Below the pieces are notes generated by a model, which searched no databases, was not told where the DNA came from, and saw nothing but the letters and a program-made list of their open reading frames with translations. A stretch of DNA of 64,000 nt, taken from positions 16,058,001 through 16,122,000 of the forward strand of contig CATNEN010000039.1 in the NCBI GenBank assembly GCA_950097015.1, in the 5' to 3' direction. Below are positions 11,301-23,300 of the stretch, piece by piece. Origin of the DNA: Macrostomum hystrix (Eukaryota; Animalia; Platyhelminthes). Both the position numbers and the translations under genes were made by a program. Position 1 is the first letter of the stretch; every line of letters starts with the position of its first letter.

Positions 11301-14300
11301 AGTGAATGGTTGGGTGGGTGAATGGTAGAGTGAGTGAATGGTAGGATGGGTGAATGGTAGAGTGAGTGAATGGTAGGATGGGTGAATGGTAGAGTGAGTG
11401 AATGGTTGGGTGGGTGAATGGTAGAGTGAGTGAATGGTAGGATGGGTGAATGGTAGAGTGAGTGAATGGTAGGATGGGTGAATGGTAGAGTGAGTGAATG
11501 GTAGGATGGGTGAATGGTAGAGTGAGTGAATGGTAGGATGGGTGAATGGTAGAGTGAGTGAATGGTAGGATGGGTGAATGGTAGAGTGAGTGAATGGTAG
11601 GATGGGTGAATGGTAGAGTGAGTGAATGGTAGGATGGGTGAATGGTAGAGTGAGTGAATGGTAGGATGGGTGAATGGTAGAGTGAGTGAATGGTAGGATG
11701 GGTGAATGGTAGAGTGAGTGAATGGTTGGGTGGGTGAATGGTAGAGTGAGTGAATGGTTGGATGGGTGAATGGTAGAGTGAGTGAATGGTTGGGTGGGTG
11801 AATGGTAGAGTGAGTGAATGGTTGGGTGGGTGAATGGTAGGGTGAGTGAATGGTAGGGTGGGTGAATGGTAGAGTGAGTGAATGGTTGGGTGGGTGAGTG
11901 GTAGGGTGGTGTGAAGTGGCAAATCCGGCACCCTAGAGCACCCGCCTATCACGCAATCTCTAATTGCGGGCCTTGAGTTGCGGCTATATAGTATAGCTAG
12001 TTGGAGTTGAGCGTGGATAATGCTCTCATCGTCGAAAAAACCGATTTTTAGCGCAGGCATAAGCGCGGAATCCTCGCCTATACTGACTAAGATCCCACAG
12101 CGAAATCCCGGCTCATTGGGGGGGGGCTGTGTCTGTTGCTGTTCAAGACTTTCAGGCATTTATCCTCTTACGAGTATATGGGTGAGGGGTTGGTGAAGTG
12201 ATCTCGCATCTTCGCCCGAGCCTCCCTCTTGAAATCTAGGAGCTTCGATAGATTGTGCCTTCGCTCTCACTTACTGAATGCGTCAAGGCTGTCTCGATTG
12301 CGGCTATACTGCTCGGAGTCAAGTGCCACCGCGCGACTCCATGCTCAGGGGCAAGCTTATACTCAAGGGGATATTTTCGCCAAGTCGAACTCACAGCCAC
12401 TGCCCGAGGCCCGGAATGGACGCATTAAAAAATGTTGGAGTTGGCCAGGAATTCAAGGAAGCTCCAATCAATAATCTACTTGCCTGTCCGCTAGGAGCAA
12501 CGAAATCTTCTTTACGGACGGACACACACTACGCGCGAGTGTGTGTTTGTGTGTGTGTTCTACTTGACAATTCTGAGTAGTGGAAGCTACTCGCACAATC
12601 CGCTCTTGTGCGACACCCGCAAGGTCGATCGCGATGCCACATCCTTGTCCATGTCGTCCGAGGTTCGAATTCAGGGGTTCAATTCCCGACCGACTCCCCT
12701 GAAATATTTTTCTGCCGCCTTTATGCCTGTTTGGCTGTTTATTTTGTATTTCACTCTTTAGTGTCACTTATTAAAGGTCGGGGGTTCGATTCCCGATTCC
12801 ACAGGAACAATTCGTCTGCTTTATCAAGACAATTAACTCTGCATTGCTTCAGTTCACCCAGCTGTTAAATGGGTACCAGCGAGAGTAGGGTGTGGCTTTC
12901 CTCCGGTCCATGGACTGAACAGCCGTACGCAGCTTTCAGACGCTGTCTGTCGGCTTGTAGTCAATCAAAATTGTAATAAACTATTATTTGTATCATTGTC
13001 ATTAATCATTGCGTCAGTGGTTCGAATCCGAATCCTTAAAATATTGATAAAACGCTCCACTTTGTCTCCCTACCGCAGGCGCGATTTCAATCGGAAGGCG
13101 CCGTTGTCGACCTTCTGCTGTTCGCCCGCGATCGTCGTCACGGCGTCCGCACCTTCGGCCCGTCGTCCGCAGTCGCCTTCAGCGGCTGCGTCGATCCGCA
13201 CGTCCTGGACGCCGTCGAGTTTCGTCGCCCTGGCGGCCACCTGGCTGTTCGCCGAACTCTCCCGCAGCCGACGACATCAGCCGCCGATGTTGACGGAATC
13301 GTCGGGCCTGAATTTGTCGCCGCCGGTTCGTCGCTGTCCAGCGGAGGCATCGTCGACTCGGCTGCCACGGTGGTCAGCGTGTCCTTCTGCTTCGTCACCA
13401 ACGAGCCCGACGCTCTGCTGCTCTACCTGGGCAGCAACCGCAGCGATTTTCTCGCCTTCGAACTTCGGCGTGGACGGCTCCACGTTCTAGTCGACGCTGG
13501 CGCCGGGATCATTGTGCGCCGGATCGACGCCCGACTCCGTCTGGACGGCCTGAATCACGTTGCTTTCGTCAACAGTCCGGCCAGCCGAGCTGTTGTGCTG
13601 AACGACAACCTGACCGTATCGCTGAATGGTAGCGGAAAATTTCAACGATTCGATCGATTAGACCTCGGAGCGAAAATCTACTTGGGCGGAGTGCCGTCTT
13701 CAAAAAGGTGATTAACTGAGATATTTTCCCGTGCTTCTCGTCAATGATTTAAGCAGATCCTAAAAATATCCTCATTTACTCTTAAAAGAGGGGGTCCAGT
13801 GGCAGAGCGGTCTATCGCGTTCGCCTCTCGCACCAAGGTCCCTGAGCTCGATTCCGCGGCGAGGCCGCATTCATTTGGGGCGCAGCCGCGGAGAGAAGGC
13901 TTGGGGGCTTGTCGTGTAATTCGCGCCCTTCTTGTGGGCTAGCCTTCAAGGCACAGTGAGAGTGTGCCTTGCCTGACGACACTGCCTGACGATGAGAAAG
14001 TCAGGGCAGATGTGCGCACCTGTGTGAGCGTGTGTCTGTGTACTGTGTCTGTGTGCGTGTGTCTGTGTACGGTGTCTGTGTGCGTGTGTCTGTGTACGGT
14101 ATCTGTGTGCGTGTGTCTGTGTACGGTATCTGTGTGCGTGTGTGCTCAGGAGTCAGCGAAATGGGCAGAATTGCCTCCTCGCTGGCTGCGGGTCTAGTGT
14201 GCCCCAAATGATGTGAAATTGCCTGCAGCACTCCAGGGCCCGATTTCATAAAAAACCTACAAGCGACAAGTGACAATTTGACAAGTTACAAGCAACTAGC

Positions 14301-17300
14301 GACAAGTGACAACGATTTCGGTTTTATAAACCGAAGCTCGCCCTTCGTGTTAAAAATAGATCGTGTCTGGTGTCTATGGGCAAACTGTGAGAAATCGATC
14401 CATTTTTGTGGAGACACTTGTGTTGCCTCTTTAGTCTATGGTCCAAAGCCAAACTCCCGGCGGAACTCGAAAATCTGCTTCACTTTTTAAAGCTACGTTA
14501 TCATTCTATCATTCTATCATTATCATTCTAAATAATAGGTGCAACTATTTGCAGCAAGTGCTCCACGTGATCAGTTCGGAGTCTAAAACGCTCAGAAAAG
14601 TAAAAGCCTTGGGGCTGGAAATTAATACGTTCCTTGAATGTCCTTGGAAATTGTCTTGCCAGCATTGCCAACTCCTCTTCATCTTCCGTGTCGGACATGG
14701 TGAAAGCAAATATAGTAGAAGTTTGCGATCTGTGTTGCAAGTGTCCCAACCACTTGTCAAACTCGGATGAATAAAAGAGCCGATTCTGCGCAGAAGCAAC
14801 TGATTCAGCAAATATCTATGGTCAAAACCCCGAGAAAAGCGCTTTTAATTTGTCGAATTTTACTTTATCACTTGTAACTTGTAACTTGTCGAATTGACAA
14901 CTTGTAGGTCATGTTTATGAAACGCATTAATTTACGGAATTGTCACTTGTCAGTTGTAATTTGTCGGACAAGTGCTTTATGAAATCGGGCCCAGGCAATA
15001 ATTATTACTCCTAAAAGATTATCATCTTCTCTTTAAGATCTACATTCACACTTGAAAGATCCTCATTTACTCTTAAAAGTGTGGGGTCGGTGGCAAAGCG
15101 GTTTACTCGCCCAACAAATATAGCAATTTTATCTTCAATTGATTCTCAAGAAGCCGTGGAATTATTTATCAAATCTTCAGATTTTTGTCATTCTTTAAGA
15201 CGAGAAAAAGTCTAATCTAATCTAATCTAATTCCATCAAACGTCATCAGAACCTGTCAGCTGTGTCAAATGATTTCCAATTGTTTTCAAAGTTATTAAAA
15301 ATTGTTAAATCCTTCAGATCGTTAATCCAAGAGCTTTTATAGAAACGGCAGAATCTCGAGTAGATTTTCTCAAGTGAAATTTTGTCAAGTTAACATCTTA
15401 GAAAAAAGCAAATACTAATTGAGTCTTATACCGGTAGAAAAAAACTTTTTTAAAAGAAAATAATTATAAAATAGCAAAGATAAACAATAACCAAAAATCG
15501 AAAATAGTTCCATATTGAAAGGAAACAATTTTGTGTGGAAAAACGCAAATCTATCCTGATCCTCTGTCTGCTAATCCACCCTTATCCCCAATCTACTAAT
15601 CCATCCTAATCCCCAATCTACTAATCCATCCTGATCCCCACTCTGCTAACCCATCCTGATCCCCACCCTACTAATCCATCCTGATCCCCACTCTGCTAAT
15701 CCATCCTGATCCCAACCCTACTAATCCATTCTGATCCCCACTCTGCTAATCCACCCTTATCCCCAATCTACTAACCCATCCTAATCCCCAATCTACTAAT
15801 CCATCCTGGTCCCCACTCTGCTAACCCAACCTGATCCCCACCCTACTAATCCATTCTGATCCCCACTCTACTAACCCATCCTGATCCCCACCCTACTAAT
15901 CCATTCTGATCCCCACTCTACTAACCCATCCTGATCCCCACCCTACTAATCCATTCTGATCCCCACTCTACTAACCCATCCTGATCCCCACCCTACTAAT
16001 CCATTCTGATCCCCACTCTGCTAATCCATTCTGATCCCCACTCTGCTAATCCATTCTGATCCTCACTCTGCTAATCCATTCTGATCCCCACTCTACTAAC
16101 CCATCCTGATCCCCACCCTACTAATCCATTCTGATCCCCACTCTACTAACCCATCCTGATCCCCACCCTACTAATCCATTCTGATCCCCACTCTGCTAAT
16201 CCATCCTGATCCCCACCCTGCTAATCCATTCTGATCCCCACTCTGCTAATCCATTCTGATCCCCACTCTGCTAATCCATTCTGATTCCCACTATGCTAAT
16301 CCATCCTGATGTCCATTGCCTGGACGCATTGCAGGTTCATCATCCCACCGGAGCTACACACGGTAACTCTGAACCAGGGCTTCGCTGGCTTCATTTCCAA
16401 CCTGACAGTCAACGGCGAAGGCATCGACCTCGTCTACGAGCTGCAGCATCGAGGCGCAGGCAGTTCAACTAACGAAATTTCGTCTATGACAGCTTCGGAG
16501 GCTGCGGAGGCGGCGGCGGTGGCTTCCAGAGCAGTCGGCGAATGTGCCAGCCTGCCCTGCAGCAATGGAGGCATCTGCAGCGAGGGCTGGCGGCGATTTA
16601 AATGTGACTGCAGCCGCGCTGGATTCACCGGGGTCGACTGCTCCCAGCGTGAGTTCTGGGACGTGGGATCTTGGATCTGGGATCTTGGATCTGGGATCTT
16701 GGATCTGGGATCTTGGATCTGGGATCTTGGATCTGGGATCTTGGATCTGGGATCTTGGATCTGGGATCTTGGATCTGGGATCTTGGATCTGGGATCTTGG
16801 ATCTGGGATCTTGGATCTGGGATCTTGGATCTGGGATCTTGGATCTGGGATCTTGGATCTGGGATCTTGGATCTGGGATCTTGGATCTGGGATCAGAAGT
16901 CCGTTGTAGATATGCACGCAGGCACGCAGGCACACAAAGCAAATGATAAAAGCTTCATCGTTTAACAAAGTAGTTTAACTTTGCTTGGTCGCGGATAACC
17001 CGCGTTGGGATCTGGGACTAAAATACTTAAAGGAATCAGGATAAATAGGCACCAGCTGCGACAAGTGGAAGGGAAGAAAGGATAAGAGAGAGAGCGAGTG
17101 ATGGGGAGAGGGAGAATGAAAAAGAATGACCAACAGAACAGTTCTTCCATCGGTTCAATTAAATTTTAGTTGGAAGAATAATTTTTAGTTAAGCGCCCAG
17201 TTGCTAGAATAATGGCTAAACTGGGTCGTAATTGCTGCAGGTAAAAAAGTGCTTCGGGACTACTTACTTAACGAGACAATCTAATCCCAAAAATATGGCG

Positions 17301-20300
17301 GATAGTTTGGATGATATAAGCAATTTATTCCCTAAATTTATTCCCTAAGTTAGGTTTCAATTTCCTCATCCGAAAATCACTATTTAGTTCTAATCCCCAT
17401 GCTTTAGATTCTGATCCCATTGCTTTAGATTCAGATCACCACGCTTCAGATTCTGATCCCCATGGTTTAGATTCTGATCCCCACGCTTCAGATTCTGATC
17501 CCCATGGTTTAGATTCTAATCCCTGTGTTTTAGACTCTGATCCCATGGTTTAGATTCAGATCACCACGCTTCAGATTCTGATCCCCATGGTTTAGATTCT
17601 GATCCCCATGATTTAGATTCTGATCCCAATATTTTAAGTTCTGATCCCTGTGTTTTAGATTCTGGTCCACATGTTTTAGATTCCGATCCCCATGGTTTAG
17701 ATTCTGATCCCTGTGTTTTAGATTCTGATCCCCATGGTTTAGATTCTGATCCCCATGATTTAGATTCTAATCCCCATGGTTTAGATTCTGATCCCCATGA
17801 TGTAGATTCTGATCCCCATGGTTTAGATTCTTTTTCTTAAGCAGAAAATCAGTAAATGAAATTCAGTAAAACAGGCAGCGACCGACTAGTGCAACAGGCA
17901 CATGCAAATAAAATCAATGTTGAATTTCACTCCCCCAAACAATGCTAAGTCAGTTACAAACAGGTATAAATCAGAGATAGGTTAGATAGCTGCTAACTCT
18001 GTAGCAATATCCGTTAGTTGAGCTGGTGTGTTGTTGAAGACTTGCGCTGTGGTTTTAGCATAGTGGGCAGTGTGTAAGCTGGGTTGCTAAGGGGCAGAAA
18101 AGCGACCATTGTCTTGTGGAAATGAAATTTATTGCCCAGCTAATGATTTGACCAAGGATTTTTTACAGCGTAATTTACTGCCAACAACTGCCCAGCGCAT
18201 TTTCCACCGCGTTGCTTTGGTTTCAAAAGTAAATTCAGAGGTCATTGCTAACTGAAACTAGAGAAAGTACTAAAAATGCGTGTGATTTAACTTTTAGCTT
18301 GTTAACTTTTCAGTTTTGGCTTCATTCATAGAATGAGAGTTTCAGACATAAAACTGAGGTCATTTCTGGGTCATAGAATCCTGATTGCAGTCATCAAATT
18401 GAGATCATTTCTCGGTCATAGAATCAGAACTTCAGTCATAAAATTGAGATCATTTCTCGGTCATAGAATCAGAACTTCAGTCATAAAATTGAGGTCATTT
18501 CTGGGTCATACAATCCTGATTGCAGTCAGCAAATTGAGACCATTTCTCGGTCATAGAATCCTGATTGCAGTCATCAAACTGAGACCGTTTCTCGGTCATA
18601 GAATCCTGATTGTAGTCATAAAATTGAGTTCATTTCTCGGTCATAAAATCACTATTAAATTCATAAAATTGAGTTCAATTCTCGGTCATAAAATCACTAT
18701 TAAATTCATAAAATGAGTTCAATTCTCGGTCATAAAATCACTATTAAATTTATAAAGTTGAGTTCATTTCTCGGTCATAAAATCACTATTAAATTCATAA
18801 AGTTGAGTTCATTTCTCGGTCATAAAATCACTATTAAATTCATAAAGTTGAGTTCATTTCTCGGTCATAAAATCACTATTAAATTCATAAAGTTGAGTTC
18901 ATTTCTCGGTCATAAAATCACTATTAAATTCATAAAGTTGAGTTCAATTCTCGGTCATAAAATCACTATTAAATTCATAAAATTGAGTTCGATTCTCGGT
19001 CATAAAATCACTATTAAGTTCATAAAATTGAGTTCAATTCTCGGTCATAAAATCACTATTAAGTTCATAAAATTGAGTTCAATTCTCGGTCATAAAATCA
19101 CTATTAAATTCATAAAATTGAGTTCAATTCTCGGTCATAAAATCACTATTAAGTTCATAAAATTGAGTTCAATTCTCGGTCATAAAATCACTATTAAATT
19201 CATAAAATTGAGTTCAATTCTCGGTCATAAAATCACTATTAAATTCATAAAATTGAGTTCAATTCTCGGTCATAAAATCACTATTAAATTCATAAAATGA
19301 GTTCAATTCTCGGTCATAAAATCACTATTAAATTCATAAAATTGAGTTCAATTCTCGGTCATAAAATCACTATTAAGTTCATAAAATTGAGTTCAATTCT
19401 CGGTCATAAAATCACTATTAAATTCATAAAATTGAGTTCAATTCTCGGTCATAAAATCACTATTAAGTTCATAAAGTTGAGTTCATTTCTCGGTCACTGA
19501 ATCAGTATTTCAGTCATAAAATTCAACTGAATCATGATTGCAGTCATAAAATTGAGATCATTTCTCGGTCATAGACTCAGGACATCAGTTTTCTACATCA
19601 GTCGAGCTTTATATTTCGAGTCTACCCCAATGTTGCGAATGCAAATCACATTATAGAAGCAGCAAAACAAGGACGCACACCAGTTGAAAAATAAGCGAGC
19701 CACTGCACACGAAGCGCCTGCGACGGCGATGGGGTTGTCAAGCGCTGTTTGATGTCATTTGATTTGCATGCAAATTTATCCAAACCCGAGAAGCATTCAG
19801 TATTGCCTTCCTCATCCGAGCACTCTGTCTCTCTGTCTTACCATCCTCCAAAATCAGCTCACTTGCACTTGGCCACATATAGAAAAAGTTGTGCAACAAT
19901 GTTGGCTCTACGACCAATACAGACACGCTATACACATAGGACCCAGAAATGACAAATAAATTGAGTCTTAATAGTGAAATACAGCTTCTAATAGAGCTTT
20001 TGGTTCTTATCTAAAGCTTCATTAGATGGAATGGGATGTAAAATAAATTGTGGACGCATTCGGGATACAATCTGAGTTTATTTTCGATTTTCATTTGCGA
20101 CGACAACAGACAGTTTGAAAGATAAATGAGTGACTATTAGACTGGTATTGACTGGAAAAGTTTTACAGTATGTTGTAGAGTATCAGAGAGACACTGGGGG
20201 AGAAAGTCAGAGAGACACAGGGGGAGAAAGTCAGAAAGACACTGGGGGAGAAAGTCAGAGAGACACTGGGGGAGAAAGTCAGAGAGAAACTGGGGAGAAA

Positions 20301-23300
20301 GTCAGAGAGACACAGGGTGAAAAAGTCAGAAAGACACTGGGGGAGAAAGTCAGAAAGACACTGGGGGAGAAAGTCAGAGAGACACTGGGGGAGAAAGTTA
20401 GAAAGAAACTGGGGAGAAAGTCAGAGAGAAACTGGGGGAGAAAGTCAGAGAGACACAGGGGGGAGAAAGTCAGAGAGACACAGGGGGGAGAAAGTCAGAA
20501 AGAAACTGGGGAGAATGTCAGAGAGAAACAGGGGGAGAAAGTCAGAAAGACACTGGGGGAGAAAGTCAGAAAGACACTGGGGGAGAAAGTCAGAAAGACA
20601 CTGGGGGAGAAAGTCAGAGAGAGACAGGGGGAGAAAGTGAGATAGACACTGGGGGGAGAAAGTCAGAGAGACACTGGGGGAGAAAGTCAGAGAGACACAG
20701 GGGGAGAAAGTCAGAGAGACACAGGGGGAGAAAGTCAGAGAGACACAGGGGGAGAAAGTCAGAAAGAAACTGGGGAGAAAGTCAGAGAGACACTGGGGGA
20801 GAAAGTCAGAAAGACACTGGGGGAGAAAGTCAGAAAGACACTGGGGGAGAAAGTCAGAGAGACACAGGGGGAGAAAGTCAGAAAGACACTGGGGGAGAAA
20901 GTCAGAGAGACACTGGGGGAGAAAGTCAGAGAGACACTGGGAGAGAAAGTCAGAAAGACACTGGGGGAGAAAGTCAGAAAGACACTGGGGGAGAAAGTCA
21001 GAGAGACACTGGGGGGAGAAAGTCAGAAAGACACTGGGGGAGAAAGTCAGAGAGACACTGGGGGAGAAAGTCAGAGAGACACTGGGGGAGAAAGTCAGAG
21101 AGACACAGGGGGAGAAAGTCTGAGACACAGGAGGAGAAAGTAACAGACATAGGGGGAGAAAGTCAGAGAGACACTGGGGGAGAAAGTCAGAGAGAAACTG
21201 GGGAGAAAGTCAGAAAGACACTGGGGGAGAAAGTCAGAGAGAGACAGGGGGAGAAAGTGAGATAGACACTGGGGGGAGAAAGTCAGAGAGACACTGGGGG
21301 AGAAAATCAGAGAGACACAGGGGGAGAAAGTCAGAGAGACACTGGGGGAGAAAGTCAGAGAGACACAGGGGGAGAAAGTCTGAGACACAGGAGGAGAAAG
21401 TCAGAGAGACACTGGGGGAGGAAGTCAGAGAGAGACAGGGGGAGAAAGTCAGAAAGAAACTGGGGAGAAAGTCAGAAAGACACTGGGGGAGGAAGTCAGA
21501 GAGAGACAGGGGGAGAAAGTGAGAAAGACACTGGGGGAGAAAGTCAGAGAGAGACAGGGGGAGAAAGTGAGATAGACACTGGGGGGAGAAAGTCAGAGAG
21601 ACACTGGGGGAGAAAATCAGAGAGACACAGGGGGAGAAAGTCAGAGAGACACTGGGGGAGAAAGTCAGAGAGACACAGGGGGAGAAAGTCTGAGACACAG
21701 GAGGAGAAAGTCAGAGAGACACTGGGGGAGGAAGTCAGAGAGAGACAGGGGGAGAAAGTCAGAAAGAAACTGGGGAGAAAGTCAGAAAGACACTGGGGGA
21801 GGAAGTCAGAGAGAGACAGGGGGAGAAAGTGAGAAAGACACTGGGGGAGAAAGTCAGAGAGACACTGGGGGAGAAAGTCAGAAAGACACTGGGGGAGAAA
21901 GTCAGAAAGACACTGGGGGAGAAAGTCAGAGAGACACTGGGGGAGAAAGTCAGAAAGACACTGGGGGAGGAAGTCAGAGAGAGACAGGGGGAGAAAGTGA
22001 GAAAGACACTGGGGGAGAAAGTCAGAGAGACACTGGGGGAGAAAATCAGAGAGACACAGGGGGAGAAAGTCAGAGAGACACTGGGGGAGAAAGTCAGAGA
22101 GACACAGGGGGAGAAAGTCTGAGACACAGGAGGAGAAAGTCAGAGAGACACTGGGGGAGGAAGTCAGAGAGAGACAGGGGGAGAAAGTCAGAAAGAAACT
22201 GGGGAGAAAGTCAGAAAGACACTGGGGGAGGAAGTCAGAGAGAGACAGGGGGAGAAAGTGAGAAAGACACTGGGGGAGAAAGTCAGAGAGACACTGGGGG
22301 AGAAAGTCAGAAAGACACTGGGGGAGAAAGTCAGAAAGACACTGGGGGAGAAAGTCAGAGAGACACTGGGGGAGAAAGTCAGAAAGACACTGGGGGAGAA
22401 AGTCAGAGAGACACTGAGGGAGAAAGTCAGAGAGACACTGGGGGAGAAAGTATGTAATGAGGATCTGTCTGTACTAAGGATCTGGCTGCACATCTGGCCT
22501 AATTGGGGGTAGGTGTATTCGATGATTATCATATTATTAATAATTTCTTTTTTTCATATTATTAATAATTTGCCCGCAAATGGCAGGTGCTCCAACACTG
22601 CTCTTCGACGGCACCGGCTGGGTTCGAGTCTCATTCGCCGCTCCGCTGCGCAGCCTGACGGAGGAGGTGACGCTGCGATTTCGGACCAACGCCTCCTCGG
22701 CTAACAGCCTTCTATTTGCCAGCGTCAACAGGAAGTACGCTTCTAAAGACACGATGAGACTAGAGCTGAAGGATGGCGTTCTGGTCTGCACCGTCAACTA
22801 TGGACTGACCAGTCTGGTGAGACAGCAACTTCTCATTGGGATTTGTGTCATTGGGATCAGTGTCATTGTGATCTGTGTCATTGGGATCAGTGTGATTGTG
22901 ATCTGTGTGATTGGGATCTGTGTGATTGTGATCTATGTCATTGGGATCTGTGTGATTGGGATCTGTGTCATTGGGATCAGTGTCATTGGGATCTATGTCA
23001 TTGGGATTTGTGTCATTGGGATTTGTGTCATTGGGATCAGTGTCATTGGGATTTGTGTCATTGGGATCTGTGTCATTGGGATCTGTGTCATTGGGATCTG
23101 TGTCATTGGAATCTGCGTGATTGGGATCAGTGTCATTGGGATCTGTGTCATTGGAATCTGTGTGATTGGGATTAGTGTCATTGGGATCTGTCTGTAATGA
23201 GGATCTGTCTGTGTGTAATTGAGTTCTGTCTTTATTTGGGACCTGTCTATCATTGAGATCTTACAGCACAGCTAAGTGTGAATTTCTCAGATTGGGTCTC

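Noticed and set aside
13790-13865. tRNA gene
   Set aside because: A/B boxes are present but there is no convincing cloverleaf, and the sequence continues into a repeated SINE body.
18320-19575. CRISPR-like appearance of the 24-52-bp arrays
   Set aside because: Units are head-to-tail with no unique spacers, there are no cas genes, and the context is eukaryotic.
22817-23197. Hydrophobic (ICVIG)n read-through as an alternative membrane anchor
   Set aside because: A good GTGAGA donor and an in-phase next exon exist, and a 15-bp unit stays open trivially.
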